The translations under genes and the position numbers were made by a program. From Cyanophora paradoxa CCMP329 (taxonomy: Eukaryota; Plantae; Glaucophyta): a DNA stretch of 64,000 nt. Below, piece after piece: positions 63,715-64,000 of the stretch. The DNA lies in contig QPMI01000408.1 in assembly GCA_004431415.1 (NCBI GenBank), forward strand, positions 930,001 through 994,000. Reading direction: 5' to 3'. The first letter of the stretch is position 1, and each line of letters starts with the position of its first letter. A model generated the notes under the pieces. It was given only the letters and a program-made list of their open reading frames with translations, was not told the origin of the DNA and ran no database searches.

Positions 63715-64000
63715 TGCTGCGCTGAGAGCCACGCAGGAGGCAAGGCCTCTGCACGTCGCGTCGAGCGGCAGCTCGACGAGCAGCCTCGAGCTTCTGCCCG
63801 GGTGCGTAAGCCGCCCCGCCCCGCCCCGCCCCGCCCAGCCCCGACGCCATGCTGCGATGCGAAAAGTGCACGAGGCAAGGCCTCTGCACGCCACGTCGAG
63901 CGGCAGCTCGACGAGCGGCCTGCTGCGCTGAGGGACAAGCAGGAGGCAAGGCCTCCGCACGCCGCGTCGAGCGGCAACTCGGCGAGCGGCCTCGAGCTTC
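63715..64000. repeat. Tandem repeat (GGCAAGGCCTCTGCACG..GTCGAGCGGCAGCTCGACGAGC), runs off the window
   Basis: Three copies at ~63740, ~63875 and ~63945. Confidence 0.75.

Overview
Intron-containing, GC-rich eukaryotic DNA (alga or protist-like; the organism cannot be identified from the sequence) made almost entirely of nested mobile elements. (1) A deleted relic of a Helitron RepHel gene (~900-1560, minus strand). (2) An 11.1-kb non-autonomous TIR element (1624-12771; 30-bp TIRs, 6-bp TSD TACCTG) with TCGA-rich subterminal arrays, a large internal inverted repeat and a central ~712-bp tandem array. (3) A 5'-truncated 10.5-kb non-LTR retrotransposon (13482-23948, minus; 19-bp TSD, oligo-A tail) whose RNase H domain appears split by a ~3.5-kb insert containing a Ulp1/SENP (C48) protease. 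(4) A ~40-kb gene-rich tract (~24-63 kb) around a spliced Helitron2/Helentron-type RepHel gene (HUH Rep + Pif1 helicase + OTU-like Cys motif). Its neighbours are a deoxynucleoside kinase, an RPA70-like OB-fold gene, a tandem SUMO-like-domain gene, an F-box/LRR gene, a C2H2 zinc-finger gene and two more Ulp1-family proteases. This is a candidate giant Helitron with replication-support and SUMO/ubiquitin-manipulating cargo, but its termini were not found. Comparing duplicated copies also shows a recurrent 6-bp insertion signature (XYZ -> XYZ-revcomp(XYZ)-XYZ). Family assignments come from motif recognition by eye; most exon boundaries are approximate.
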